A DNA stretch of 64,000 nucleotides from Antedon mediterranea (GCF_964355755.1 NC_092671.1:22089317-22153316); one strand, 5' to 3'. Counted from the first letter of the stretch, positions 28,901 through 44,452 are shown. The notes: generated by a model from the sequence alone, not told the origin. Numbers and translations: made by a program.

Positions 28901-31900
28901 AATCGCATTTGGAGAAGTTTTAGACCATTTTCTGATTTTCGAAAAAACTTGTTAACATAAAAACACCAAAGTGATTAGAATAGCTTCAAATCGCATTTGG
29001 AGACGTTTTAGACCATTTTGTGCATTTCGATGAAACTTGGTTACGCAAAAACATCAAAGTGCTTAAAATCACATTATAAACCGTTTTAGACCATTTTGAG
29101 CATATCGATAAAACTTTTTACACAAAACACCAAAGTGCTTAGAATAGCTTCAAATCGCATTTGGAGACGTTTTAGACCATTTTGTGATTTTCGAAAAAAA
29201 CTTTTTAACATAAAAACACCAAACTGCTAAGAATAGCTTCAAATCGCATATGGAGACAATTTAGACCATTTTGTGATTTTCGAAAAAACTTGTTAACATA
29301 AAAACACCAAAGTGCTTAGAATACCTTCAAATCGCATTTGGAGACGTTTTAGACCATTTTGTGATTTTCGAAAAAACTTGTTAACATAAAAACATCAAAG
29401 TGCTAAGAATAGCTTCCAATCGCATTTGGAGACATTTTAGACCATTTTGTGCATTTCGATGAAACTTGGTTACGCAAAAACATCAAAGTGCTTAAAATCA
29501 CATTATAAACCGTTTTAGACCATTTTGAGCATATCGATAACACTTTTCACACAAAAACATCAAAGAGCACAATATAGCTTAATATCGTATTTAAAAACGT
29601 TTTAGACCATTTTGAGCATTTCGACAAAACTTTTTCACACAAAACACCAAAGTGCTTAGAATAGCTTCAAATCGCATTTGGAGACGTTTTAGACCATTTT
29701 GTGATTTTCGAAAAAACTTGTTAACATAAAAACATCAAAGGGCTAAGAATAGCTTCAAATCGCATTTGGAGACATTTTAGACCAATTAGTGATTTTCGAA
29801 AAAACTTGGTTACACAAAAACATCAAAGTGGTTAAAATCACATTATAAACCGTTTTAGACCATTTTGAGCATTTCGATAACACTTTTCACACAAAAACAT
29901 CAAAGTGCTTAGAATAGCTTCAAATCGCATTTGGAGACGTTTTAGACCATTTTGTGATTTTCGAAAAAAACTTTTTAACATAAAAACACCAAACTGCTAA
30001 GAATAGCTTCAAATCGCATATGGAGACAATTTAGACAATTTTGTGATTTTCGAAAAAACTTGTTAACATAAAAACACCAAAGTGCTTAGAATACCTTCAA
30101 ATCGCATTTGGAGACGTTTTAGACCATTTTGTGATTTTCGAAAAAACTTGTTAACATAAAAACATCAAAGTGCTAAGAATAGCTTCAAATCGCATTTGGA
30201 GACATTTTAGACCAATTAGTGATTTTCGAAAAAACTTGGTTACACAAAAACATCAAAGTGGTTAAAATCACATTATAAACCGTTTTAGACCATTTTGAGC
30301 ATTTCGATAACACTTTTCACACAAAAACATCAAAGTGCTTAGAATAGCTTCAAATCGCATTTGGAGACGTTTTAGACCATTTTGTGATTTTCGAAAAAAA
30401 CTTTTTAACATAAAAACACCAAACTGCTAAGAATAGCTTCAAATCGCATATGGAGACAATTTAGACCATTTTGTGATTTTCGAAAAAACTTGTTAACATA
30501 AAAACACCAAAGTGCTTAGAATACCTTCAAATCGCATTTGGAGACGTTTTAGACCATTTTGTGATTTTCGAAAAAACTTGTTAACATAAAAACATCAAAG
30601 TGCTAAGAATAGCTTCCAATCGCATTTGGAGACATTTTAGACCAATTTGTGATTTTCGAAAAAACTTGGTTACACAAAAACATCAAAGTGCTTAAAATCA
30701 CAATATAAAACCGTTTTAGACCATTTTGAGCATTTCGATAACACTTTTCACACAAAAACATCAAAGTGCTTAAAATAGCTTCAAATCGCATTTGGAGACG
30801 TTTTAGACCATTTTGTGATTTTCGAAAAAAACTTTTAAACATAAAAACATCAAAGTTTACAGAATAGCTTCAAATCGCATTTGGAGACGTTTTAGACCAT
30901 TTTGTGATTTTCGAAAAAACTTGTTAACATAAAAACACCAAAGTGCTTAGAATAGCTTAAAATCGCATTTGGAGACGTTTTAGACCATTTTGTGATTTTC
31001 GAAAAAACTTGTTAACATAAAAACAACAAAGTGCTTAGAATAGCTTCAAATCGCATTTGGAAACGTTTTAGACCATTTTGTGATTTTCGAAAAAACTTGT
31101 TAACATAAAAACACCAAAGTGCTTAGAATAGCTTAAAATCGTATTTGGAGACGTTTTAGACCATTTTGTGATTTTCGAAAAAACTTGTTAGCATAAAAAC
31201 AACAAAGTTCTTAGAATAGCTTCAAATCGCATTTGGAGACGTTTTAGACCATTTTGTGATTTTCGAAAAAACTTGTTAACATAAAAACACCAAAGTGCTT
31301 AGAATAGCTTCAAATCGCATTTGGAGACGTTTTAGACCAATTTGTGATTTTCGAAAAAACTTGGTTACACAAAAACATCAAAGTGGATAAAATCACATTA
31401 TAAACCGTTTTAGACCATTTTGAGCATTTCGATAACACATTTCACACAAAAACATCAAAGAGCACAAAATAGCTTAATATCGTATTTAAAAACGTTTTAA
31501 ACCATTTTGAGCATTTCGACAAAACTTTTTCACACAAAACACCAAAGTGTACAGAATAGCTTCAAATCGCATTTGGAGACGTTTTAGACCATTTTGTGGT
31601 TTTCGAAAAAACTTGTTAATATAAAAACACCAAAGTACTTAGAATAACTTCAAATCGCATTTGGAGACGTTTTAGACCATTTTGTGATTTTCGAAAAAAC
31701 TTGTTAACATAAAAACACCAAAGTTCTTAAAATAGCTTCAAATCGCATTTGGAGACGTTTTAGACCATTTTGTGATTTTCGAAAAAACTTGTTAACACAA
31801 AAACACCAAAGTGTTTAGAAAAGCTTCAAATCGCATTTGGAGACGTTTTAGACCATTTTGGGATTTTCGAAAAAGCTTGTTAACATAAAAACACCAAAGT

Positions 31901-34900
31901 GCTTAGAATAGCTTCAAATCGCATTTGGAGACGTTTTAGACCATTTTGTAATTTTCAAAAAAACTTGTTAACATAAAAACATCAAAGTGCTAAGAATAGC
32001 TTCAAATCGCATTTGGAGACGTTTTAGACAATTTTGTGATTTTCGAAAAAACTTGTTAACATAAAAACACCAAAGTGCTTAGAATAGCTTCAAATCGCAT
32101 TTGGAGACGTTTTAGACCATTTTGTGATTTTCGAAAAAACTTGTTAACATAAAAACACCAAAGTGCTTAGAATAGCTTCAAATCGCATTTGGAGACGTTT
32201 TAGACCAATTTGTGATTTTCGAAAAAAACTTGTTAACATAAAAACACCAAAGTGTTTAGAAAAGCTTAAAATCGCATTTGGAGACGTTTTAGACCATTTT
32301 GGGATTTTCGAAAAAACTTGTTAACATAAAAACACGAAAGTGCTTAGAATAGCTTCAAATCGCATTTGGAGACGTTTTAGACCATTTTGTAATTTTCAAA
32401 AAAACTTGTTAACATAAAAACACCAAAGTTCTTAGAATAGCTTCAAATCGCATTTGGAGACGTTTTAGACCATTTTGTGCATTTCGATGAAACTTGGTTA
32501 CACAAAAACATAAAAGTGCTTAAAATCACATTATAAACCGTTTTAGACCATTTGAGCATTTCGATAACACTTTTCATACAAAAACATCAAAGAGCACAAT
32601 ATAGCTTAATATCCTATTTAAAAACGTTTTAGACCATTTTGAGCATTTCAACAAAACTTTTTCACACAAAACACCAAAGTGCTTAGAATACCTTCAAATC
32701 GCATTTGGAGACGTTTTAGACCATTTTGTGATTTTCGAAAAAACTTGTTAACATAAAAACATCAAAGTTTACAGAATAGCTTCAAATCGCATTTGGAGAC
32801 GTTTTAGACAATTTTGTGATTTTCGAAAAAACTTGTTAACATAAAAACACCAAAGTGCTTAGAATAGCTTCAAATCGCATTGGGAGACGTTTTAGGCCAT
32901 TTTGTGATTTTCGAAAAAACTTGTTAACATAAAAACATCAAAGTGTACAGAATAGCTTCAAATCGCATTTGGAGACGTTTTAGACCATTTTGTGATTTTC
33001 GAAAAAACTTGTTAACATAAAAACACCAAAGTGCTTAGAATAGCTTCAAATCGCATTTGGAGACGTTTTAAAGCATTTTGTGATTTTCGAAAAAACTTGT
33101 TAACATAAAAACACCAAAATGTTTAGAATAGCTTCAAATCGCATTTGGAGACGTTTTAGACCATTTTGTGATTTTCGAAAAAACTTGTTAACACAAAAAC
33201 ACCAAAGTGATTAGAATAGCTTCAAATCGCATTTGGAGACGTTTTAGACCATTTTGTGATTTTCGAAAAAACTTGTTAACATAAAAACACCAAAGTGATT
33301 AGAATAGCTTCAAATCGCATTTGGAGACGTTTTAGACCATTTTGTGCATTTCGATGAAACTTGGTTACGCAAAAACATCAAAGTGCTTAAAATCACATTA
33401 TAAACCGTTTTAGACCATTTTGAGCATATCGATAACAGTTTTCACACAAAAACATCAAAGAGCACAATATAGCTTAATATCGTATTTAAAAACGTTTTAG
33501 ACCATTTTGAGCATTTCGACAAAACTTTTTCACACAAAACACCAAAGTGCTTAGAATAGCCTCAAATCGCTTTTGGAGACGTTTTAGACCATTTTGTGAT
33601 TTTCGAAAAAACTTGTTAACATAAAAACATCAGAGTGCTAAGAATAGCTTCAAATCGCATTTGGAGACATTTTAGACCAGTTAGTGATTTTCGAAAAAAC
33701 TTGGTTACACAAAAACATCAAAGTGGTTAAAATCACATTATAAACCGTTTTAGACCATTTTGAGCATTTCGATAACACTTTTCACACAAAAACATCAAAG
33801 TGCTTAGAATAGCTTCAAATCGCATTTGGAGACGTTTTAGACCATTTTGTGATTTTCGAAAAAAACTTTTTAACATAAAAACACAAAACTGCTAAGAATA
33901 GCTTCAAATCGCAAATGGAGACAATTTAGACCATTTTGTGATTTTCGATGAAACTTGGTTACACAAAAACATCAAAGTGCTTAAAATCACATTATAAACC
34001 GTTTTAGACCATTTGAGCATTTCGATAACACTTTTCACACAAAAACATCAAAGAGCACAATATAGCTTAATATCCTATTTAAAAACGTTTTAGACCATTT
34101 TGAGCATTTCGACAAAACTTTTTCACACAAAACACCAAAGTGCAAAGTGCTTAGAATAGCTTCAAATCGCATTGGGAGACGTTTTAGACCATTTTGTGAT
34201 TTTCGAAAAAACTTGTTAACATAAAAACATCAAAGTGTACAGAATAGCTTCAAATCGCATTTGGAGACGTTTTAGACCATTTTGTGATTTTCGAAAAAAC
34301 TTGTTAACACAAAAACACCAAAGTGTTTAGAAAAGCTTCAAATAGCATTTGGAGACGTTTTAGACCATTTTGGGATTTTCGAAAAAACTTGTTAACATAA
34401 AAACACCAAAGTGCTTAGAATAGCTTCAAATCGCATTTGGAGACGTTTTAGACCATTTTGTAATTTTCAAAAAAACTTGTTAACATAAAAACACCAAAGT
34501 TCTTAGAATAGCTTCAAATCGCATTTGGAGACGTTTTAGACCATTTTGTGCATTTCGATGAAACTTGGTTACACAAAAACATCAAAGTGCTTAAAATCAC
34601 ATTATAAACCGTTTTAGACCATTTGAGCATTTCGATAACACTTTTCACAAAAAAACATCAAAGAGCACAATATAGATTAATATCCTATTTAAAAACGTTT
34701 TAGACCATTTTGAGCATTTCGACAAAACTTTTTCACACAAAACACCAAAGTGCTTAGAATACCTTCAAATCGCATTTGGAGACGTTTTAGACCATTTTGT
34801 GATTTTCGAAAAAACTTGTTAACATAAAAACATCAAAGTTTACAGAATAGCTTCAAATCGCATTTGGAGACGTTTTAGACAATTTTGTGATTTTCGAAAA

Positions 34901-35274
34901 AACTTGTTAACATAAAAACACCAAAGTGCTTAGAATAGCTTCAAATCGCATTGGGAGACGTTTTAGACCATTTTGTGATTTTCGAAAAAACTTGTTAACA
35001 TAAAAACATCAAAGTTTACAGAATAGCTTCAAATCGCATTTGGAGACGTTTTAGACCATTTTGTGATTTTCGAAAAAACTTGTTAACATAAAAACACCAA
35101 AGTGCTTAGAATAGCTTCAAATCGCATTTGGAGACGTTTTAAACCATTTTGTGTTTTTCGAAAAAACTTGTTAATATAAAAACACCAAAATGTTTAGAAT
35201 AACTTCAAATCGCATTTGGAGACGTTTTAGACCATTTTGTGATTTTCGAAAAAACTTGTTAACATAAAAACACC

Positions 35275-38200
35275 AAAGTTCTTAAAATAGCTTCAAATCG
35301 CATTTGGAGACGTTTTAGACCATTTTGTGATTTTCGAAAAAACTTGTTAACACAAAAACACCAAAGTGTTTAGAAAAGCTTCAAATCGCATTTGGAGACG
35401 TTTTAGACCATTTTGGGATTTTCGAAAAAACTTGTTAACATAAAAACACCAAAGTGCTTAGAATAGCTTCAAATCGCATTTGGAGACGTTTTAGACCATT
35501 TTGTAATTTTCAAAAAAACTTGTTAACATAAAAACATCAAAGTGCTAAGAATAGCTTCAAATCGCATTTGGAGACATTTTAGACCAATTAGTGATTTTCG
35601 AAAAAACTTGGTTACACAAAAACATCAAAGTGGTTAAAATCACATTATAAACCGTTTTAGACCATTTTGAGCATTTCGATAACACTTTTCACACAAAAAC
35701 ATCAAAGTGCTTAGAATAGCTTCAAATCGCATTTGGAGACGTTTTAGACCATTTTGAGCATTTCGACAAAACTTTTTCACACAAAACACCAAAGTGTACA
35801 GAATAGCTTAATATCGTATTTAAAAACGTTTTAGACCATTTTGTGATTTTCGAAAAAACTTGTTAACATAAAAACACCAAAGTGCTTAGAATAGCTTCAA
35901 ATCGCATTGGGAGACTTTTTAGACCATTTTGTGATTTTCGAAAAAACTTGTTAACATAAAAACATCAAAGTGTACAGAATAGCTTCAAATCGCATTTGGA
36001 GACGTTTTAGACCATTTTGTGATTTTCGAAAAAACTTGTTAACATAAAAACACCAAAGTGCTTAGAATAGCTTCAAATCTCATTTGGAGACGTTTTAGAC
36101 CAATTTGTGATTTTCGAAAAAACTTGGTTACACAAAAACATCAAAGTGGATAAAATCACATTATAAACCGTTTTAGACCATTTTGAGCATTTCGATAACA
36201 CATTTCACACAAAAACATCAAAGAGCACAAAATAGCTTAATATCGTATTTAAAAACGTTTTAAACCATTTTGAGCATTTCGACAAAACTTTTTCACACAA
36301 AACACCAAAGTGTACAGAATAGCTTCAAATCGCATTTGGAGACGTTTTAGACCATTTTGTGGTTTTCGAAAAAACTTGTTAATATAAAAACACCAAAGTA
36401 CTTAGAATAACTTCAAATCGCATTTGGAGACGTTTTAGACCATTTTGTGATTTTCGAAAAAACTTGTTAACATAAAAACACCAAAGTTCTTAAAATAGCT
36501 TCAAATCGCATTTGGAGACGTTTTAGACCATTTAGTGATTTTCGAAAAAACTTGTTAACACAAAAACACCAAAGTGTTTAGAAAAGCTTCAAATCGCATT
36601 TGGAGACGTTTTAGACCATTTTGGGATTTTCGAAAAAGCTTGTTAACATAAAAACACCAAAGTGCTTAGAATAGCTTCAAATCGCATTTGGAGACGTTTT
36701 AGACCATTTTGTAATTTTCAAAAAAACTTGTTAACATAAAAACATCAAAGTGCTAAGAATAGCTTCAAATCGCATTTGGAGACATTTTAGACCAATTTGT
36801 GATTTTCGAAAAAACTTGGTTACACAAAAACATCAAAGTGCTTAAAATCACAATATAAAACCGTTTTAGACCATTTTGAGCATTTCGATAACACTTTTCA
36901 CACAAAAACATCAAAGTGCTTAGAATAGCTTCAAATCGCATTTGGAGACGTTTTAGACCATTTTGTGATTTTCGAAAAAAACTTTTTAACATAAAAACAC
37001 CAAACTGCTAAGAATAGCTTCAAATCGCATATGGAGACAATTTAGACCATTTTGTGATTTTCGAAAAAACTTGTTAACATAAAAACACCAAAGTGCTTAG
37101 AATACCTTCAAATCGCATTTGGAGACGTTTTAGACCATTTTGTGATTTTCGAAAAAACTTGTTAACATAAAAACATCAAAGTGCTAAGAATAGCTTCCAA
37201 TCGCATTTGGAGACATTTTAGACCAATTTGTGATTTTCGAAAAAACTTGGTTACACAAAAACATCAAAGTGCTTAAAATCACAATATAAAACCGTTTTAG
37301 ACCATTTTGAGCATTTCGATAACACTTTTCACACAAAAACATCAAAGTGCTTAAAATAGCTTCAAATCGCATTTGGAGACGTTTTAGACCATTTTGTGAT
37401 TTTCGAAAAAAACTTTTTAACATAAAAACATCAAAGTGTACAGAATAGCTTCAAATCGCATTTGGAGACGTTTTAGACCATTTTGTGATTTTCGAAAAAA
37501 CTTGTTAACATAAAAACACCAAAGTGCTTAGAATAGCTTAAAATCGCATTTGGAAACGTTTTAGACCATTTTGTGATTTTCGAAAAAACTTGTTAACATA
37601 AAAACAACAAAGTGCTTAGAATAGCTTCAAATCGCATTTGGAGACGTTTTAGACCATTTTGTGATTTTCGAAAAAACTTGTTAACATAAAAACACCAAAG
37701 TGCTTAGAATAGCTTAAAATCGCATTTGGAGACGTTTTAGACCATTTTGTGATTTTCGAAAAAACTTGTTAACATAAACACAACAAAGTGCTTAGAATAG
37801 CTTCAAATCGCATTTGGAGACGTTTTAGACCATTTTGTGATTTTCGAAAAAACTTGTTAACATAAAAACACCAAAGTGCTTAGAATAGCTTCAAATCGCA
37901 TTTGGAGACGTTTTAGACCAATTTGTGATTTTCGAAAAAACTTGGTTACACAAAAACATCAAAGTGGATAAAATCACATTATAAACCGTTTTAGACCATT
38001 TGAGCATTTCGATAACACTTTTCACACAAAAACATCAAAGAGCACAATATAGCTTAATATCCTATTTAAAAACGTTTTAGACCATTTTGAGCATTTCGAC
38101 AAAACTTTTTCACACAAAACACCAAAGTGCTTAGAATACCTTCAAATCGCATTTGGAGACGTTTTAGACCATTTTGTGATTTTCGAAAAAACTTGTTAAC

Positions 38201-41200
38201 ATAAAAACATCAAAGTTTACAGAATAGCTTCAAATCGCATTTGGAGACGTTTTAGACAATTTTGTGATTTTCGAAAAAACTTGTTAATATAAAAACACCA
38301 TAGTGCTTAGAATAGCTTCAAATCGCATTGGGAGACGTTTTAGACCATTTTGTGATTTTCGAAAAAACTTGTTAACATAAAAACACCAAAGTGCTTAGAA
38401 TACCTTCAAATCGCATTTGGAGACGTTTTAGAGCATTTTGTGATTTTCGAAAAAAACTTTTTAACATAAAAACATCAAAGTGTACAGAATAGCTTCAAAT
38501 CGCATTTGGAGACGTTTTAGACCATTTTGTGATTTTCGAAAAAACTTGTTAACATAAAAACACCAAAGTGCTTAGAATAGCTTAAAATCGCATTTGGAGA
38601 CGTTTTAGACCATTTTGTGATTTTCGAAAAAACTTGTTAACATAAAAACAACAAAGTGCTTAGAATAGCTTCAAATCGCATTTGGAGACGTTTTAGACCA
38701 TTTTGTGATTTTCGAAAAAACTTGTTAACATAAAAACACCAAAGTGCTTAGAATAGCTTAAAATCGCATTTGGAGACGTTTTAGACCATTTTGTGATTTT
38801 CGAAAAAACTTGTTAACATAAAAACAACAAAGTGCTTAGAATAGCTTCAAATCGCATTTGGAGACGTTTTAGACCATTTTGTGATTTTCGAAAAAACTTG
38901 TTATTAACATAAAAACACCAAAGTGCTTAGAATAGCTTCAAATCGCATTTGGAGACGTTTTAGACCAATTTGTGATTTTCGAAAAAACTTGGTTACACAA
39001 AAACATCAAAGTGGATAAAATCACATTATAAACCGTTTTAGACCATTTTGAGCATTTCGATAACACATTTCACACAAAAACATCAAAGAGCACAAAATAG
39101 CTTAATATCGTATTTAAAAACGTTTTAAACCATTTTGAGCATTTCGACAAAACTTTTTCACACAAAACACCAAAGTGTACAGAATAGCTTCAAATCGCAT
39201 TTGGAGACGTTTTAGACCATTTTGTGGTTTTCGAAAAAACTTGTTAATATAAAAACACCAAAGTACTTAGAATAACTTCAAATCGCATTTGGAGACGTTT
39301 TAGACCATTTTGTGATTTTCGAAAAAACTTGTTAACATAAAAACACCAAAGTTCTTAAAATAGCTTCAAATCGCATTTGGAGACGTTTTAGACCATTTTG
39401 TGATTTTCGAAAAAACTTGTTAACACAAAAACACCAAAGTGTTTAGAAAAGCTTCAAATCGCATTTGGAGACGTTTTAGACCATTTTGGGATTTTCGAAA
39501 AAACTTGTTAACATAAAAACATCAAAGTGCTAAGAATAGCTTCCAATCGCATTTGGAGACATTTTAGACCATTTTGTGCATTTCGATGAAACTTGGTTAC
39601 GCAAAAACATCAAAGTGCTTAAAATCACATTATAAACCGTTTTAGACCATTTTGAGCATATCGATAACACTTTTCAAACAAAAACATCAAAGAGCACAAT
39701 ATAGCTTAATATCGTATTTAAAAACGTTTTAGACCATTTTGAGCATTTCGACAAAACTTTTTCACACAAAACACCAAAGTGCTTAGAATAGCTTCAAATC
39801 GCATTTGGAGACGTTTTAGACCATTTTGTGATTTTCGAAAAAACTTGTTAACATAAAAACATCAAAGTTCTTAAAATAGCTTCAAATCGCATTTGGAGAC
39901 GTTTTAGACCATTTTGTGATTTTCGAAAAAACTTGTTAACACAAAAACACCAAAGTGTTTAGAAAAGCTTCAAATCGCATTTGGAGACGTTTTAGACCAT
40001 TTTGGGATTTTCGAAAAAACTTGTTAACATAAAAACACCAAAGTGCTTAGAATAGCTTCAAATCGCATTTGGAGACGTTTTAGACCATTTTGTAATTTTC
40101 AAAAAAACTTGTTAACATAAAAACATCAAAGTGCTAAGAATAGCTTCAAATCGCATTTGGAGACATTTTAGACCAATTAGTGATTTTCGAAAAAACTTGG
40201 TTACACAAAAACATCAAAGTGGTTAAAATCACATTATAAACCGTTTTAGACCATTTTGAGCATTTCGATAACACTTTTCACACAAAAACATCAAAGTGCT
40301 TAGAATAGCTTCAAATCGCATTTGGAGACGTTTTAGACCATTTTGAGCATTTCGACAAAACTTTTTCACACAAAACACCAAAGTGTACAGAATAGCTTAA
40401 TATCGTATTTAAAAACGTTTTAGACCATTTTGTGATTTTCGAAAAAACTTGTTAACATAAAAACACCAAAGTGCTTAGAATAGCTTCAAATCGCATTGGG
40501 AGACTTTTTAGACCATTTTGTGATTTTCGAAAAAACTTGTTAACATAAAAACATCAAAGTGTACAGAATAGCTTCAAATCGCATTTGGAGACGTTTTAGA
40601 CCATTTTGTGATTTTCGAAAAAACTTGTTAACATAAAAACACCAAAGTGCTTAGAATAGCTTCAAATCTCATTTGGAGACGTTTTAGACCAATTTGTGAT
40701 TTTCGAAAAAACTTGGTTACACAAAAACATCAAAGTGGATAAAATCACATTATAAACCGTTTTAGACCATTTTGAGCATTTCGATAACACATTTCACACA
40801 AAAACATCAAAGAGCACAAAATAGCTTAATATCGTATTTAAAAACGTTTTAAACCATTTTGAGCATTTCGACAAAACTTTTTCACACAAAACACCAAAGT
40901 GTACAGAATAGCTTCAAATCGCATTTGGAGACGTTTTAGACCATTTTGTGGTTTTCGAAAAAACTTGTTAATATAAAAACACCAAAGTACTTAGAATAAC
41001 TTCAAATCGCATTTGGAGACGTTTTAGACCATTTTGTGATTTTCGAAAAAACTTGTTAACATAAAAACACCAAAGTTCTTAAAATAGCTTCAAATCGCAT
41101 TTGGAGACGTTTTAGACCATTTTGTGATTTTCGAAAAAACTTGTTAACACAAAAACACCAAAGTGTTTAGAAAAGCTTCAAATCGCATTTGGAGACGTTT

Positions 41201-44200
41201 TAGACCATTTTGGGATTTTCGAAAAAGCTTGTTAACATAAAAACACCAAAGTGCTTAGAATAGCTTCAAATCGCATTTGGAGACGTTTTAGACCATTTTG
41301 TAATTTTCAAAAAAACTTGTTAACATAAAAACATCAAAGTGCTAAGAATAGCTTCAAATCGCATTTGGAGACATTTTAGACCAATTTGTGATTTTCGAAA
41401 AAACTTGGTTACACAAAAACATCAAAGTGCTTAAAATCACAATATAAAACCGTTTTAGACCATTTTGAGCATTTCGATAACACTTTTCACACAAAAACAT
41501 CAAAGTGCTTAGAATAGCTTCAAATCGCATTTGGAGACGTTTTAGACCATTTTGTGATTTTCGAAAAAAACTTTTTAACATAAAAACACCAAACTGCTAA
41601 GAATAGCTTCAAATCGCATATGGAGACAATTTAGACCATTTTGTGATTTTCGAAAAAACTTGTTAACATAAAAACACCAAAGTGCTTAGAATACCTTCAA
41701 ATCGCATTTGGAGACGTTTTAGACCATTTTGTGATTTTCGAAAAAACTTGTTAACATAAAAACATCAAAGTGCTAAGAATAGCTTCCAATCGCATTTGGA
41801 GACATTTTAGACCAATTTGTGATTTTCGAAAAAACTTGGTTACACAAAAACATCAAAGTGCTTAAAATCACAATATAAAACCGTTTTAGACCATTTTGAG
41901 CATTTCGATAACACTTTTCACACAAAAACATCAAAGTGCTTAAAATAGCTTCAAATCGCATTTGGAGACGTTTTAGACCATTTTGTGATTTTCGAAAAAA
42001 ACTTTTTAACATAAAAACATCAAAGTGTACAGAATAGCTTCAAATCGCATTTGGAGACGTTTTAGACCATTTTGTGATTTTCGAAAAAACTTGTTAACAT
42101 AAAAACACCAAAGTGCTTAGAATAGCTTAAAATCGCATTTGGAAACGTTTTAGACCATTTTGTGATTTTCGAAAAAACTTGTTAACATAAAAACAACAAA
42201 GTGCTTAGAATAGCTTCAAATCGCATTTGGAGACGTTTTAGACCATTTTGTGATTTTCGAAAAAACTTGTTAACATAAAAACACCAAAGTGCTTAGAATA
42301 GCTTAAAATCGGATTTGGAGACGTTTTAGACCATTTTGTGATTTTCGAAAAAACTTGTTAACATAAACACAACAAAGTGCTTAGAATAGCTTCAAATCGC
42401 ATTTGGAGACGTTTTAGACCATTTTGTGATTTTCGAAAAAACTTGTTAACATAAAAACACCAAAGTGCTTAGAATAGCTTCAAATCGCATTTGGAGACGT
42501 TTTAGACCAATTTGTGATTTTCGAAAAAACTTGGTTACACAAAAACATCAAAGTGGATAAAATCACATTATAAACCGTTTTAGACCATTTGAGCATTTCG
42601 ATAACACTTTTCACACAAAAACATCAAAGAGCACAATATAGCTTAATATCCTATTTAAAAACGTTTTAGACCATTTTGAGCATTTCGACAAAACTTTTTC
42701 ACACAAAACACCAAAGTGCTTAGAATACCTTCAAATCGCATTTGGAGACGTTTTAGACCATTTTGTGATTTTCGAAAAAACTTGTTAACATAAAAACATC
42801 AAAGTTTACAGAATAGCTTCAAATCGCATTTGGAGACGTTTTAGACAATTTTGTGATTTTCGAAAAAACTTGTTAATATAAAAACACCAAAGTGCTTAGA
42901 ATAGCTTCAAATCGCATTGGGAGACGTTTTAGACCATTTTGTGATTTTCGAAAAAACTTGTTAACATAAAAACACCAAAGTGCTTAGAATACCTTCAAAT
43001 CTCATTTGGAGACGTTTTAGAGCATTTTGTGATTTTCGAAAAAAACTTTTTAACATAAAAACATCAAAGTGTACAGAATAGCTTCAATTCGCATTTGGAG
43101 ACGTTTTAGACCATTTTGTGATTTTCGAAAAAACTTGTTAACATAAAAACACCAAAGTGCTTAGAATAGCTTAAAATCGCATTTGGAGACGTTTTAGACC
43201 ATTTTGTGATTTTCGAAAAAACTTGTTAACATAAAAACAACAAAGTGCTTAGAATAGCTTCAAATCGCATTTGGAGACGTTTTAGACCATTTTGTGATTT
43301 TCGAAAAAACTTGTTAACATAAAAACACCAAAGTGCTTAGAATAGCTTAAAATCGCATTTGGAGACGTTTTAGACCATTTTGTGATTTTCGAAAAAACTT
43401 GTTAACATAAAAACAACAAAGTGCTTAGAATAGCTTCAAATCGCATTTGGAGACGTTTTAGACCATTTTGTGATTTTCGAAAAAACTTGTTATTAACATA
43501 AAAACACCAAAGTGCTTAGAATAGCTTCAAATCGCATTTGGAGACGTTTTAGACCAATTTGTGATTTTCGAAAAAACTTGGTTACACAAAAACATCAAAG
43601 TGGATAAAATCACATTATAAACCGTTTTAGACCATTTTGAGCATTTCGATAACACATTTCACACAAAAACATCAAAGAGCACAAAATAGCTTAATATCGT
43701 ATTTAAAAACGTTTTAAACCATTTTGAGCATTTCGACAAAACTTTTTCACACAAAACACCAAAGTGTACAGAATAGCTTCAAATCGCATTTGGAGACGTT
43801 TTAGACCATTTTGTGGTTTTCGAAAAAACTTGTTAATATAAAAACACCAAAGTACTTAGAATAACTTCAAATCGCATTTGGAGACGTTTTAGACCATTTT
43901 GTGATTTTCGAAAAAACTTGTTAACATAAAAACACCAAAGTTCTTAAAATAGCTTCAAATCGCATTTGGAGACGTTTTAGACCATTTTGTGATTTTCGAA
44001 AAAACTTGTTAACACAAAAACACCAAAGTGTTTAGAAAAGCTTCAAATCGCATTTGGAGACGTTTTAGACCATTTTGGGATTTTCGAAAAAACTTGTTAA
44101 CATAAAAACATCAAAGTGCTAAGAATAGCTTCCAATCGCATTTGGAGACATTTTAGACCATTTTGTGCATTTCGATGAAACTTGGTTACGCAAAAACATC

Positions 44201-44452
44201 AAAGTGCTTAAAATCACATTATAAACCGTTTTAGACCATTTTGAGCATATCGATAACACTTTTCACACAAAAACATCAAAGAGCACAATATAGCTTAATA
44301 TCGTATTTAAAAACGTTTTAGACCATTTTGAGCATTTCGACAAAACTTTTTCACACAAAACACCAAAGTGCTTAGAATAGCTTCAAATCGCATTTGGAGA
44401 CGTTTTAGACCATTTTGTGATTTTCGAAAAAACTTGTTAACATAAAAACATC
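35275..44452 (+). repeat. Near-perfect 4,589-bp tandem duplication (two copies) within the array
   Basis: Private variants recur at exactly +4589: TTATTAAC at 38901/43490, AACATAAACACAAC at 37771/42360, and ORF-track pairs 36765/41354 and 37184/41773. Confidence 0.9.
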
